The notes: generated from the letters alone by a model not told the origin. A DNA stretch of 64,000 bases from a candidate division WWE3 bacterium UBA1401 (GCA_002305115.1 DBQF01000001.1:309767-373766), one strand, 5' to 3'; counted from the first letter of the stretch, positions 1-9,264 are shown. Translations and numbers: made by a program.

Positions 1-492
1 GTAGCTAAGGGTGACAAACTTACGGCGGGACACCTCAATTTAGCCGAACTGTTTAGAGCTACAGGTGTTGATAAGACCAAGAAGTATATCTTAGATGAAG
101 TTCAAAAAGTGTATGCTTCACAAGGTGTGTCTTTAAATGATAAACACATTGAAATTGTTATAAAACAGATGTTTAGCAAAGTTACTATTGAAGAATCAGG
201 CGATACCGAATTTTTGACCGGCGAACTTGTGACCAGAGACTCTTTTGATGAAGCTAACGCCGAAGTATTAGCCAAAGGTGGTACTCCGGCTACAGGCCAA
301 CTCACGCTTTTAGGTATTACTAAATCTTCGCTGGCCACAGACAGTTTCCTTTCAGCTGCTTCGTTTATTCAGACCAGTTCTGTATTGACCGATGCTGCGA
401 GTTCTGGTAAAGTCGACAAGCTCTTAGGTCTTAAGGAAAATGTCATTATTGGAAGGCTTATTCCTACAGGTGAAAGAGCTAGATTGGAGTAA
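1..492 (+). CDS. rpoC: DNA-directed RNA polymerase subunit beta-prime, C-terminal fragment (5' end outside window)
   Basis: Frame 1 is open from base 1 to the stop at 490-492. The translation (..[45 protein letters not shown]) looks like the conserved beta-prime C-terminus. It lies directly upstream of rpsL-rpsG-fusA-tuf. Confidence 0.85.
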   Translation, partial: VAKGDKLTAGHLNLAELFRATGVDKTKKYILDEVQKVYASQGVSLNDKHIEIVIKQMFSKVTIEESGDTEFLTGELVTRDSFDEANAEVLAKGGTPATGQLTLLGITKSSLATDSFLSAASFIQTSSVLTDAASSGKVDKLLGLKENVIIGRLIPTGERARLE

Positions 493-495
493 AAA

Positions 496-903
496 ATGCC
501 TACAATTAATCAACTCGTTAGAAACGGACGAAAAACAAAAATAAAAAAGAATAAGACACCCGCTTTAGGTGAGGTTTACAATTCTATTGAAAGAAGAACT
601 AAACCAACTCAGTCGCCCTTCAAAAAGGGTGTGTGTTTAGCAGTAAAGACTCAAACTCCTAAAAAGCCAAACTCCGCATTGCGAAAAGTAGCTAGAGTAA
701 GGCTATCTAATGGTAGAGAAGTTACGGCTTACATTCCCGGTGAAGGACATAACCTTCAAGAACATTCTGTTGTAATGGTTAGAGGTGGCAGAATTAAGGA
801 TCTTAATGGCATCAAATACACTATTGTGAGAGGTGTTTATGACTTAGCTGGTGTTCAAAACAGGAAATCCTCCCGTTCTATTTATGGAGCCAAGAAAGCA
901 TAA
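496..903 (+). CDS. rpsL: 30S ribosomal protein S12
   Basis: MPTINQLVR.. start, [16 protein letters not shown] and [10 protein letters not shown] motifs. A GGAG lies upstream of the ATG. Confidence 0.97.
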   Translation: MPTINQLVRNGRKTKIKKNKTPALGEVYNSIERRTKPTQSPFKKGVCLAVKTQTPKKPNSALRKVARVRLSNGREVTAYIPGEGHNLQEHSVVMVRGGRIKDLNGIKYTIVRGVYDLAGVQNRKSSRSIYGAKKA

Positions 904-1370
904 TGCGAGCTAAAAGTGCCAAGAAAAGGATTATAGAATCTGATCCCATTTATAAATCTAAAGTTGTTACCCGTATGGTTAATGTGGTAATGATTGGTGG
1001 CAAAAAATCAATAGCGGAAGGTATTGTTTATGGTGCTATTGAAAAGCTTTCTGAAGATAAAAAAGATGCAATAACTGTGTTTGAGGAAGCTGTAAAAAAT
1101 GTTATGCCCTCTTTAGAGGTACGTTCGCGTAGGGTTGGTGGTGCCACTTATCAGGTCCCTACTCCTGTAAAACATGAACGCGCCGAGGCCTTGGCTGCTC
1201 GTTGGATAGTAAGTGCCGCAAAAAGCAGAAAAGGCAAACCCATGGCAGATAAATTGTATGAGGAGTTAAGAAACGCCAGCGAGGGTACTGGTGACGCAAT
1301 TCGTAAAAAGGAGGAAACGCACAGGATGGCTGAGGCTAACAGAGCATTTTCCCATTTTGCTAGGTTCTAG
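903..1370 (+). CDS. rpsG: 30S ribosomal protein S7
   Basis: 155 aa with an S7-like sequence (..LEVRSRRVGGATYQVP..). The TAATG junction overlaps the rpsL stop. Canonical str-operon position. Confidence 0.97.
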   Translation: MRAKSAKKRIIESDPIYKSKVVTRMVNVVMIGGKKSIAEGIVYGAIEKLSEDKKDAITVFEEAVKNVMPSLEVRSRRVGGATYQVPTPVKHERAEALAARWIVSAAKSRKGKPMADKLYEELRNASEGTGDAIRKKEETHRMAEANRAFSHFARF

Positions 1371-1393
1371 TTTTTCTGTACAATAAATAAATT

Positions 1394-3475
1394 ATGGCTG
1401 AATCTAATAGTAAAACTTATCCACTAGATAAAATCAGGAATATTGGAATTATTGCCCACATAGACGCAGGCAAGACTACCACTACTGAAAGTATTCTCTA
1501 TTATACTGGTAAAACTCATAAAATTGGAGAGATTGATTCTGGTGACACTCAAATGGATTGGATGGATCAGGAAAGGGAAAGAGGTATTACTATACAATCG
1601 GCTGCTACGACTTCTTTTTGGAAAGATCACCGTATTAACATTATTGATACTCCCGGCCACGTAGACTTTACGGCAGAAGTTGAAAGGTCTTTGCGTGTAC
1701 TAGACGGTGCTGTAGTAGTTTTTGATGGTAAGCAGGGTGTAGAACCTCAATCCGAGACTGTATGGCGCCAGGCTGACAAATATCACGTACCTAGAATTTG
1801 CTTTATAAATAAGATTAACCAAATTGGCGGTGACTTTTTTAAAAGCTTAAGTTCTATTCATGAGCGCTTAAGCCCAAATGCTTTTCCAATTTACATTCCT
1901 ATTGGTTTTGAAAAAGATCTAAGAGGCAGTGTCGACCTGGTTAGAATGAAGGCCTACATATACTCAGATTTCAAACAAGACAACCTTGTAGAAGAAGATA
2001 TTCCTGAAGACCTTAAGGAGCAAGCCCTAGAATATAGGAAAGAACTAGTAGAAAAAGTGGTTGAGTTTGATGATGCCTTAATGGAAAAGTATCTAGAAGG
2101 TGGAGAAATTACTGAGGAAGAGTTGGTTGATGTTATTAGAAAAGCTACCATTTCAGGCAAATTTTACCCGGTCTTAGGTGGTGACGGTCGTGGTATTGCC
2201 GCTAAGTATGTTTTAGATTCTGTTGTGGCCTATCTCCCATCTCCTGCCGATTTACCTCCTGTAGTTGGTCATAAGGTTGGTACGGGTGAAGAGCTTATGG
2301 TTACGTCAGATGAAAATGGCCCTTTTGTAGCTTTAGCTTTCAAAGTGCAAACCGATCCCTATGTAGGTAGGCTTACATACTTCAGAATTTATTCAGGCAG
2401 GGCCGCTGCGGGATCTTACCTTTACAATTCCACTACTGGTAACAAAGAAAGACTGGGTCGTATTCTTTTAATGTATGCAAATAAAAGAGAAGAATTAAAG
2501 GAAATTAAGGCGGGTGAAATTGGAGCTGCTGTGGGTCTAGACGCCACAACCGGTAACACTTTATGCACAGAAGAAAACCCAATTGTTTTAGAAGCTATAA
2601 AGTTTGCTGAACCTGTTATTGGTATTGTGGTTGAACCAAAAACAAGCGCGGATAGGGATAAATTGGGTGAATCTTTACGCAAATTTACAGAAGAAGACCC
2701 GACATTAAAAGTAAAAAGCGACGAAGAAACTGCACAAACAGTACTCTATGGTATGGGCGAGCTCCATCTGGAAATTATTGTAGATAGAATGAAGAGGGAA
2801 TTTGGTGTGGAAGTAGTAACGGGCCAACCTCAGGTTGCTTACAGGGAAAGCATTCACAACAAAGTGCGGGTTGAAGATAAGTATATTCATCAGTCTGGTG
2901 GTCGTGGCCAGTATGGTCATGTTGTTATCGATATGGAACCTCTAGAGCCTGGTATGGGCGTATCATTTGAAGATAAAATCGTGGGCGGTGCCATTCCAAA
3001 AGAATTTATTCCGGCGGTTGAAAAGGGTATTAAGGCAGCTGCTGAGAGTGGTATTGTAGCTGGGTATCCTGTAGTTGATGTGAAAATTAGTTTGGTTGAT
3101 GGATCTTTCCACGAGGTAGATTCCTCAGAAATGGCGTTTAAGATTGCTGCGTCCAGCGCATTTAGGAAGGCACAACAGCAAGCTAAGCCTTATTTATTAG
3201 AACCAATTATGGCAGTGGAAGTAGTAACACCTGAAGACTTTATGGGTGACGTTATCGGTAACTTGTCTGGAAGAAGAGGTAAAATTGAAGGCACTTCAAC
3301 TAGGGGTACTGCCGTTGTCATTAAAGCAAAAGTTCCTTTGGCAGAGATGTTTGGTTATGCCACAGATCTTAGGGGTATGACACAAGGTCGCGCATCCTTT
3401 ACAATGGAACCAAGCCACTATGAGGAAGTACCCGCTCAAGTTGCTGAAAAGATTGTTTCAGGCCGCGCAAAGTAA
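1394..3475 (+). CDS. fusA: Elongation factor G
   Basis: 693 aa with GTPase motifs [14 protein letters not shown] and NKID-like NKIN. The EF-G domain IV/V sequence is conserved. Confidence 0.98.
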   Translation: MAESNSKTYPLDKIRNIGIIAHIDAGKTTTTESILYYTGKTHKIGEIDSGDTQMDWMDQERERGITIQSAATTSFWKDHRINIIDTPGHVDFTAEVERSLRVLDGAVVVFDGKQGVEPQSETVWRQADKYHVPRICFINKINQIGGDFFKSLSSIHERLSPNAFPIYIPIGFEKDLRGSVDLVRMKAYIYSDFKQDNLVEEDIPEDLKEQALEYRKELVEKVVEFDDALMEKYLEGGEITEEELVDVIRKATISGKFYPVLGGDGRGIAAKYVLDSVVAYLPSPADLPPVVGHKVGTGEELMVTSDENGPFVALAFKVQTDPYVGRLTYFRIYSGRAAAGSYLYNSTTGNKERLGRILLMYANKREELKEIKAGEIGAAVGLDATTGNTLCTEENPIVLEAIKFAEPVIGIVVEPKTSADRDKLGESLRKFTEEDPTLKVKSDEETAQTVLYGMGELHLEIIVDRMKREFGVEVVTGQPQVAYRESIHNKVRVEDKYIHQSGGRGQYGHVVIDMEPLEPGMGVSFEDKIVGGAIPKEFIPAVEKGIKAAAESGIVAGYPVVDVKISLVDGSFHEVDSSEMAFKIAASSAFRKAQQQAKPYLLEPIMAVEVVTPEDFMGDVIGNLSGRRGKIEGTSTRGTAVVIKAKVPLAEMFGYATDLRGMTQGRASFTMEPSHYEEVPAQVAEKIVSGRAK

Positions 3476-3597
3476 GCCGGAGGGCTTGATTTCCTACTAA
3501 GAATCTGGTTAACTTCTAAGCGCGCATATTAGTAATATTTATTTTCTACATTAGGAGTTAATGAAGTTTAAATCCTAAGTAGTCAGAAAGGTTAAAT

Positions 3598-4776
3598 ATG
3601 GCCGAATTCGTAAGAAATAAAGAGCATGTTAATGTTGGTACCATTGGACATGTTGACCATGGTAAAACTTCATTAACTGCAGCCATTACTAAAGTTTTAG
3701 CTGAAAAAGGTCAAGCCTCTTACAGAGGCTACGACAGTATCGATAGTGCTCCGGAAGAAAAAGAAAGAGGTATTACCATTAACATTACTCACGTTGAGTA
3801 TGAGACCGAAAAAAGGCATTATGCTCACATAGATGCCCCCGGTCACGCAGACTATATTAAGAACATGATTACTGGTGCTGCTCAGATGGATGGCGCTATT
3901 TTGGTTGTTTCCGCTCCAGATGGCCCTATGCCTCAAACTAGAGAGCATATCTTACTTGCTAAGCAAGTAAACGTTCCTGCTATGGTTGTTTTTATGAACA
4001 AAACAGACATGGTACAGGATAAAGAGATATTAGATTTAGTAGAACTTGAAGTTAGAGAGCTTCTTACTAAATATGGTTTTGATGGTGAAAGCGTGCCTGT
4101 AATTAAGGGTTCAGCTACCAAAGCTTTGGAAGGTGACGCTGAAGCTGTTAAAGCTATTGAAGAGCTTATCGAGGCTATTGACACTTATATTCCAAGCCCA
4201 CAAAGAGAATTGGATAAGCCATTCTTAATGCCGGTAGAAGACGTTTTCTCAATTTCTGGTAGAGGTACAGTTGCTACCGGAAGAATTGAAAGAGGTAAAG
4301 TCACTCTTAACGAAGAAGTTGAAATAGTTGGTATTAGAGATACTAGTAAGTCAACCGTTACCGGTATTGAGATGTTTAAGAAATCTATGCAAGAAGGCCA
4401 AGCAGGCGATAACGTTGGAATTCTTCTTAGAGGTCTGACCAGAGATGATATTGAAAGAGGCCAGGTGCTTGCTAAGCCAGGGACCATTAGTCCTCACACC
4501 GAATTTGAGGCAGAAGTTTACATTCTGTCTAAAGAAGAAGGTGGTCGACACAAGCCCTTCTTTACCGGATACAAGCCTCAGTTCTATCTTAGAACTACAG
4601 ATGTTACCGGTGATATTACTCTCCCGGAAGGTGTAGAAATGGTTATGCCTGGGGATAGAGTAACTATTAAAGTTAAGTTAATTACTCCGGTTGCTCTGGA
4701 GGAAGGTTTAAGGTTTGCTGTTAGAGAAGGCGGCCACACAGTTGGTGCTGGTGTTGTCTCTAAAGTAATTGCTTAA
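3598..4776 (+). CDS. tuf: Elongation factor Tu
   Basis: 392 aa with [13 protein letters not shown] and NKTD motifs. Typical EF-Tu C-terminus. Confidence 0.98.
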   Translation: MAEFVRNKEHVNVGTIGHVDHGKTSLTAAITKVLAEKGQASYRGYDSIDSAPEEKERGITINITHVEYETEKRHYAHIDAPGHADYIKNMITGAAQMDGAILVVSAPDGPMPQTREHILLAKQVNVPAMVVFMNKTDMVQDKEILDLVELEVRELLTKYGFDGESVPVIKGSATKALEGDAEAVKAIEELIEAIDTYIPSPQRELDKPFLMPVEDVFSISGRGTVATGRIERGKVTLNEEVEIVGIRDTSKSTVTGIEMFKKSMQEGQAGDNVGILLRGLTRDDIERGQVLAKPGTISPHTEFEAEVYILSKEEGGRHKPFFTGYKPQFYLRTTDVTGDITLPEGVEMVMPGDRVTIKVKLITPVALEEGLRFAVREGGHTVGAGVVSKVIA

Positions 4777-4788
4777 GGAAATAACAGT

Positions 4789-4811
4789 TTCCCTCCCCTG
4801 CGGGGGAGGGA
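4789..4811 (+). promoter_or_regulatory. Perfect 10-bp hairpin (TTCCCTCCCC-tgc-GGGGAGGGAA) between tuf and rpsJ, without a U-tract
   Basis: Base pairing checked by hand: 4789-4798 pairs with 4802-4811 around a 3-nt loop. No T-run follows, so I do not call it a classical intrinsic terminator. Confidence 0.5.
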
Positions 4812-4824
4812 AGCGTTAGACAGT

Positions 4825-5148
4825 ATGGCAAAAGGTACAAGTAAGGAAACAAGAATAAGAATAAAATTAAACTCGTACGACTCTAAAATTATGGATGTGA
4901 GTTGTTCCAAAATTGTTGATACAGCAATTAGAACAGGTGCTAAAGTGGTTGGACCTATTCCTTTGCCTACCAAAAAAGAAAGATTCACGGTTATTCGAGG
5001 TCCTCATATTGATAAAAGGTCTAGAGAGCAGTTTGAATTAAGAACCCATAAGCGAATCATTGATGTGCTTAATCCAACGCCTTCAACTATAGACAGTTTG
5101 TCTCACTTGGCTTTGCCCGCAGGCGTGGGTATAAGCCTGAAGATGTAA
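4825..5148 (+). CDS. rpsJ: 30S ribosomal protein S10
   Basis: 107 aa with the S10 sequence (..IRIKLNSYD...[34 protein letters not shown]). Confidence 0.97.
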   Translation: MAKGTSKETRIRIKLNSYDSKIMDVSCSKIVDTAIRTGAKVVGPIPLPTKKERFTVIRGPHIDKRSREQFELRTHKRIIDVLNPTPSTIDSLSHLALPAGVGISLKM

Positions 5149-5160
5149 AACTACTCTATT

Positions 5161-5188
5161 TTGAATTCTCCAATTTACATACTATAAT
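5161..5188 (+). promoter_or_regulatory. Sigma70-like promoter candidate (TTGAAT-16 nt-TATAAT) just after the rpsJ stop
   Basis: Hexamers and spacer counted by hand. It lies ~40 nt upstream of the first island ORF. Confidence 0.4.
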
Positions 5189-5228
5189 TCAACCCAGGTT
5201 GTAATATTTATTGAAAGGGCTGAGAGAA

Positions 5229-5801
5229 ATGCTTGATGATTCGGTTTTGTCGCCGATAGAGGTGGAGATTGTTACATTGGCTATGACAATGCCCCAAAGC
5301 TTAAGTGTAAGGGAGGCATTAACAAGTTCGTGGGTTGATAGGGTGCTTGTATTTGGTCATACTGCTTCGAATGCTGTTTTTCAAAGAGTGCAATCCGGAG
5401 TAGTTGTGGCAATTCAATCGGAACCTCCTAGCATACACCTGGTCTCCGTGAATTTCGCGGACTTATTGGCTAAGGATACTATGATCTATATTAAGCTAGC
5501 GGAGATGAAGGGGGGTCTGTTTGATTCTGTATTTAATGTTGTTGATGTAGCACCTTATTCTGGAACTTTTACCTGGTTTAGGTATGTCTTGGGAGACGCG
5601 AATCCCTGCGAGATTATCTATGATAGCGCAATACAACTAGATGATAATCCGCTTAGCGCTTTTCTGGAGAGATCCCTAAGTTTTTATGACAGGTGTATGT
5701 TTTACTTCAGGGTAATTGAGGCTGCGAGAAGAAACCCTTCTATAGTATCCGGCTTTGGGCGGTTGGCGAATTTGAAATCAGCTTGGCGACTTGAAGACTA
5801 A
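5229..5801 (+). CDS. Hypothetical protein (island ORF A); alternative TTG start at 5211
   Basis: Long ORF with no family I recognise. It sits between rpsJ and rplC and is followed by a hairpin plus T-run. Confidence 0.5.
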   Translation: MLDDSVLSPIEVEIVTLAMTMPQSLSVREALTSSWVDRVLVFGHTASNAVFQRVQSGVVVAIQSEPPSIHLVSVNFADLLAKDTMIYIKLAEMKGGLFDSVFNVVDVAPYSGTFTWFRYVLGDANPCEIIYDSAIQLDDNPLSAFLERSLSFYDRCMFYFRVIEAARRNPSIVSGFGRLANLKSAWRLED

Positions 5802-5849
5802 GCAGTAGAAACGGTGGTATGTGCCTCTGGCGCTTACTGCCGTTTTTTT
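5801..5849 (+). terminator. Putative intrinsic terminator after island ORF A
   Basis: AGCAGTA (5801-5807) pairs with TACTGC (5835-5840). An alternative pairing is AAACGG/CCGTTT with an inner GTGCC/GGCGC helix. T7 run at 5843-5849. Confidence 0.4.
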
Positions 5850-5891
5850 GGTATGATTAGCGAAGGTCGCTCAAAGTGAGAAAGGAAGCAG

Positions 5892-6116
5892 ATGAACCTT
5901 GTTTCCGGATTTACTCGGCTTGGGTGCACTACTTTGCAAGCAGCCTATCTACAGCATCGTATTGATGTAAGGATACTCCTTTCTAGAATTCAGAGTTCCG
6001 GTTTAGATCCTAATCACCGCATTTTGATGCTTCGGAGACTATGGTGGTTACGGGCTTATCCTTGGAGGGTTTTGCCAAAGACGCAGGAGAGTTACTATAA
6101 CTCTTCGTGCCCATAG
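5892..6116 (+). CDS. Doubtful small basic ORF (74 aa) inside the island; the region could instead be non-coding RNA
   Basis: AGGAAG lies a few nt before the ATG. The peptide is Arg/Leu/Trp-rich with no recognisable family. The unit ends at a good terminator (6124-6159). Confidence 0.25.
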   Translation: MNLVSGFTRLGCTTLQAAYLQHRIDVRILLSRIQSSGLDPNHRILMLRRLWWLRAYPWRVLPKTQESYYNSSCP

Positions 6117-6123
6117 GGCCTTG

Positions 6124-6159
6124 TCCTCGGGGTTTCTCCCTCCCCTACCCGAGGATTTT
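6124..6159 (+). terminator. Intrinsic terminator (TCCTCGGG / CCCGAGGA, 16-nt C-rich loop, then TTTT)
   Basis: 8-bp perfect stem: 6124-6131 pairs with 6148-6155, followed by TTTTC. Confidence 0.6.
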
Positions 6160-6176
6160 CTAATCTTTACTTAACC

Positions 6177-6184
6177 TGTATAAT
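6177..6184 (+). promoter_or_regulatory. Extended -10 element TGTATAAT, 6 nt upstream of the ATG at 6191 (would give a leaderless mRNA)
   Basis: Exact TGnTATAAT read in the sequence. I see no convincing -35 and no SD before the ATG. Confidence 0.3.
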
Positions 6185-6190
6185 TTACCC

Positions 6191-6958
6191 ATGACCGAAG
6201 ATCTTAGTTATCCTGGTTATGAGAATGCTGATAATGACTGGCAGTCCAAGCCCGAGAGAGAGCATTATTACAATGAAATTAAGGCCGCTGCTAACATCTT
6301 CTTTAATCTTAGGGAGTTATCTCTCTTAAATGAAACTGATGTTAAAGAATATCCAGAAATTGAGGATTTAAGATCTCGGCTGAATGGTGTTGTCAGGATG
6401 GCTCGTCAGATGTTTGGTAAAGAGTCCGAACTTTCACTCGATTATAGAGGTCTAGACTTAATGGGTAAATACTCTCCATTGCACGCCGCAAAGGAGTTAA
6501 CACCTAAAGCATTTGAAGACTGTGCCCCCTTAGTTATAGTTCAGGTTATATCGCTTAAAAGAGATGATCCTGAGTATATTCAAGAGCTGGTAGAAACGAT
6601 GCGTTCTTACGCGTTAGCCAAGGGGGCTGAAGATTCTCTTAAGGTTGCGAAAGCTACTTACAGAAATAAAGCCGACTTGTTTTCGGATAAGCCCTTAAAT
6701 ATTGCAGACGTTATTTATAGATGCAGTAATGTGCATGAGTCGATGCAATTTACTCAGGCTAAGTACGAAAATTTTTGGAAGAGAATTAGCCTAAGTGAAA
6801 AGGTGTCTCCAGAGGACAAGGAAAGTGCTGTTACAGAAGCTAACAATGTTCCCGATATAGAGGTTTTGAACAAGAAAATTCTAGAAGCTACTAAGATGAA
6901 TGAAGCCGATCTTACACCCCCCTCGGAGACACCTTGGCATTGGGGGAAGCAGAACTAA
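6191..6958 (+). CDS. Hypothetical acidic protein (island ORF C, 255 aa)
   Basis: Long ORF with no signal peptide and no family I recognise. It is followed by an intrinsic terminator at 7073-7102. Confidence 0.6.
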   Translation: MTEDLSYPGYENADNDWQSKPEREHYYNEIKAAANIFFNLRELSLLNETDVKEYPEIEDLRSRLNGVVRMARQMFGKESELSLDYRGLDLMGKYSPLHAAKELTPKAFEDCAPLVIVQVISLKRDDPEYIQELVETMRSYALAKGAEDSLKVAKATYRNKADLFSDKPLNIADVIYRCSNVHESMQFTQAKYENFWKRISLSEKVSPEDKESAVTEANNVPDIEVLNKKILEATKMNEADLTPPSETPWHWGKQN

Positions 6959-7072
6959 AAAACTTCCTATAAGAAACCACTTGGAAAACTGGGAAATTCT
7001 TGCTAAAATCACCCAGATGCTTTTAGCCATCACATAACAAAATCATTGACTACGTCTAGTGCGGCACCTAGC

Positions 7073-7102
7073 CCCCGCCACGACGCGGGGATTTTTTGTT
7101 TT
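7073..7102 (+). terminator. Intrinsic terminator (CCCCGC-cacgac-GCGGGG followed by ATTTTTTGTTTT) ending directly at the rplC ATG
   Basis: 6-bp GC stem: 7073-7078 pairs with 7085-7090. The T-rich run covers 7092-7102 and the rplC ATG is at 7103. Confidence 0.65.
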
Positions 7103-7534
7103 ATGACTGAAAAACTATTAAAAGGCAAAAAACTGAATATGACACAGGTCTTTAAAGAAGACGGTAAAGTAATTCCCGTTACCATCATCAAGATGGTAGA
7201 AGCTTTTGAACCTGAGCTAAAAGATAAAGACGTCACAGTTATTGGTACTTCAAAAGGTAAAGGTTATACCGGCCCTATCAAAAAATGGAACTTTGCCAAA
7301 CAACACGTCACAAGAGGTTCTTCCGATAAGATTAGAACCGGTGGTTCTATTGGTGCTCAAACTCCCGGCAGAGTTTTTAAAGGCAAAAAAATGGCTGGCA
7401 GGCATGGTAACAAGCGAGTAACAATTAAAGGGCTAAGAATAGTGGATGTAAATCAAACTCAAAATGAAGTATTTGTTTCAGGGCCAATACCTGGTGCCAG
7501 AAACTCCCAAGTAATTTTAAAGGTTGTAGGATAA
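7103..7534 (+). CDS. rplC: 50S ribosomal protein L3 (short form, 143 aa)
   Basis: MTEKLLKGKKLNMTQVFKEDGKVIPVTII.. matches the L3 N-terminus. GTSKGKGYTG, WNF and GSIGAQTPGRVFKGKKMAGRHG match the conserved core. The ORF-track start at 7046 adds a non-L3 extension that covers the terminator hairpin. Confidence 0.9.
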   Translation: MTEKLLKGKKLNMTQVFKEDGKVIPVTIIKMVEAFEPELKDKDVTVIGTSKGKGYTGPIKKWNFAKQHVTRGSSDKIRTGGSIGAQTPGRVFKGKKMAGRHGNKRVTIKGLRIVDVNQTQNEVFVSGPIPGARNSQVILKVVG

Positions 7535-7535
7535 T

Positions 7536-8162
7536 ATGAAACAACAAGTACTAGATATACAAGGAAACAAAGTAGAAGAACTTGAGCTTAGTGAAAATAT
7601 CTTTGGAATTAAACCTAATGAAACAGTCTTAGCTCAATACGTTCGTGTATTTTTGGCCAACCAGCGCCAGGGTACGTCTTCTACAAAAACTCGAGCAGAA
7701 GTGTCTGGAGGTGGTAAGAAACCCTGGAGGCAGAAAGGTACCGGTAGAGCTCGCCATGGGTCAACCAGAAGCCCTATTTGGCGCCACGGTGGCGTTGCTC
7801 ATGGTCCCAAGCCAAAAAGCTGGAGCTTAAGTTTACCTCAAAAAATTAGACAATTGGCTCTAAAGTCTGCCCTTTCCCAGAAGCAAGCTAATGACAAAAT
7901 AAAAATACTGTGTGAACTGGAAACTAATACTCCTTCTACAAAATTTATGAGGGAAGTTCTCACTAAACTGGAGTCAAATGGTAAAACATTAATAGTACTT
8001 GATACAGTTAAACCTAATGTGATAAAAAGCTCTTCAAACTTACCGGCTGTTAATACAGTTTTCTGGGAAGCACTAAATGCATATGACATATTAAGTACAG
8101 ATACTTTGATATTTACAAAAGATGCCGTACTAAAGCTACAGGAGAAATATGAAGCTAAATAA
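7536..8162 (+). CDS. rplD: 50S ribosomal protein L4
   Basis: 208 aa with SGGGKKPWRQKGTGRAR and GGVAHGPKP motifs. Confidence 0.95.
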   Translation: MKQQVLDIQGNKVEELELSENIFGIKPNETVLAQYVRVFLANQRQGTSSTKTRAEVSGGGKKPWRQKGTGRARHGSTRSPIWRHGGVAHGPKPKSWSLSLPQKIRQLALKSALSQKQANDKIKILCELETNTPSTKFMREVLTKLESNGKTLIVLDTVKPNVIKSSSNLPAVNTVFWEALNAYDILSTDTLIFTKDAVLKLQEKYEAK

Positions 8163-8439
8163 TATTGTAGAAAAACCTATAATAACCGAACAATCTATGG
8201 CCGATGTACATCAGGGCAAATACACGTTTAAGGTTAATACTAAGGCGTCAAAAAAAGAGATTGCTCAGGTTGTGCAAAGATTATTTAACGTACAAGTAAC
8301 CAATGTGACAACTCGTATAATGCCTGGAAAACAGAGAAGAATCGGCAGAACCAACAAATTTACAAAGACGAGCAGCTGGAAAAAAGCGGTAGTTAGTTTA
8401 GAGGAAGGACAGAAAATAGATCTGTTTGAGAAAAAATGA
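8149..8439 (+). CDS. rplW: 50S ribosomal protein L23
   Basis: 96 aa. L23-like sequence (..PIITEQS...KYTFKV...KKEI..) in the canonical position. Confidence 0.95.
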   Translation: MKLNNIVEKPIITEQSMADVHQGKYTFKVNTKASKKEIAQVVQRLFNVQVTNVTTRIMPGKQRRIGRTNKFTKTSSWKKAVVSLEEGQKIDLFEKK

Positions 8440-9263
8440 TAAAGGTACACAAACCAACCAGTGCAGGACAACGCGGTAGAAAGAGCCTTGTAAGAAAGGT
8501 TGCAACCAAACGTCCCGAGAAAGCGCTAACCGCTCCTTTAAAAGGCCCAGCTGGGAGAAATAACGGTACAGTTTCCAGCAGACACAGGCAGCGTGGAGCA
8601 AAAAAGCACTACAGAATAATAGATTTTAAGCGCGATAAGCTGGATATTCCCGCAAAAGTGGCTGCTATTGAACACGATCCTAATAGAGGTGCTGATATTG
8701 CACTACTGCACTATGCCGATGGTGAAAAAAGATATATTTTAGCCCCAGAAGGTTTGGAACCGGGGATGACTGTTATTTCCACAGATAATAAGGTAGAATT
8801 GGCACCCGGAAATACTGGTAAGCTTGCTAATATACCGTTAGGTACAGAAATTCATAACATTGAGTTTGTTCCTGGTAGAGGTGGGCAGATCGTAAGAGGA
8901 GCAGGCAACGCTGCTGTTATTTTGGCTAAAGAGGGCGACTATGTTAATGTTAAGCTGCCTAGCGGCGAGGTAAGAAAAGTATTTACAGAGTGTAGAGCTA
9001 CCTTAGGTAGAGTAAGTAACGTTGATTTAAGAAACGTTAATGCAGGTAAAGCTGGTAGAAAAAGACACTTGGGTAGAAGACCCCACACTAGAGGTGTGGC
9101 AGTCGCAAGTCCTAAGCAGCACCCACACGGTGGCTCCTACAAAGATACTGGTATTGGAATGGCGTCGCCTAAGTCACCTTGGGGTTGGAAGACTCGAGGA
9201 GTTAAGACTCGCAAGCGCAAACATACGGATAAATTTAAAGTTTCAGATCGTAGGAGAAAATAA
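8436..9263 (+). CDS. rplB: 50S ribosomal protein L2
   Basis: 275 aa with the L2 C-terminal motif [15 protein letters not shown]. Confidence 0.97.
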   Translation: MIKVHKPTSAGQRGRKSLVRKVATKRPEKALTAPLKGPAGRNNGTVSSRHRQRGAKKHYRIIDFKRDKLDIPAKVAAIEHDPNRGADIALLHYADGEKRYILAPEGLEPGMTVISTDNKVELAPGNTGKLANIPLGTEIHNIEFVPGRGGQIVRGAGNAAVILAKEGDYVNVKLPSGEVRKVFTECRATLGRVSNVDLRNVNAGKAGRKRHLGRRPHTRGVAVASPKQHPHGGSYKDTGIGMASPKSPWGWKTRGVKTRKRKHTDKFKVSDRRRK

Positions 9264-9264
9264 C

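Noticed and set aside
102-338. Antisense 'shadow' ORFs on the minus strand inside strongly supported plus-strand genes. Examples: 102-338, 1424-1660, 3697-4487, 14130-14570, 31947-32387, 38940-39392, 45862-46320 and 46339-46641.
   Set aside because: Each lies wholly opposite a conserved housekeeping or well-supported gene. Their products are low-complexity and Ser/Leu-rich, and they lack RBS signals. This is typical of chance open frames antisense to coding sequence.
5993-6001. Shared 9-mer GAGTTCCGG (5993 and 27413) and other short matches between the rpsJ-rplC island and the 27.4-kb spacer, which might suggest a repeated element.
   Set aside because: Many identical 9-mers are expected by chance within 64 kb. 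I could not extend the match into a longer alignment by eye.
7046-7102. N-terminal extension of rplC (MTTSSAAPSPRHDAGIFCF) in the ORF track.
   Set aside because: The extension is not L3-like and is encoded by the terminator hairpin and T-run. The L3 consensus begins at the ATG at 7103.
5149-7102. The island as a classical mobile element (IS, prophage or integrative element).
   Set aside because: I could not identify a transposase, an integrase, terminal inverted repeats, target-site duplications or a tRNA attachment site. It is therefore reported only as an unexplained insertion.
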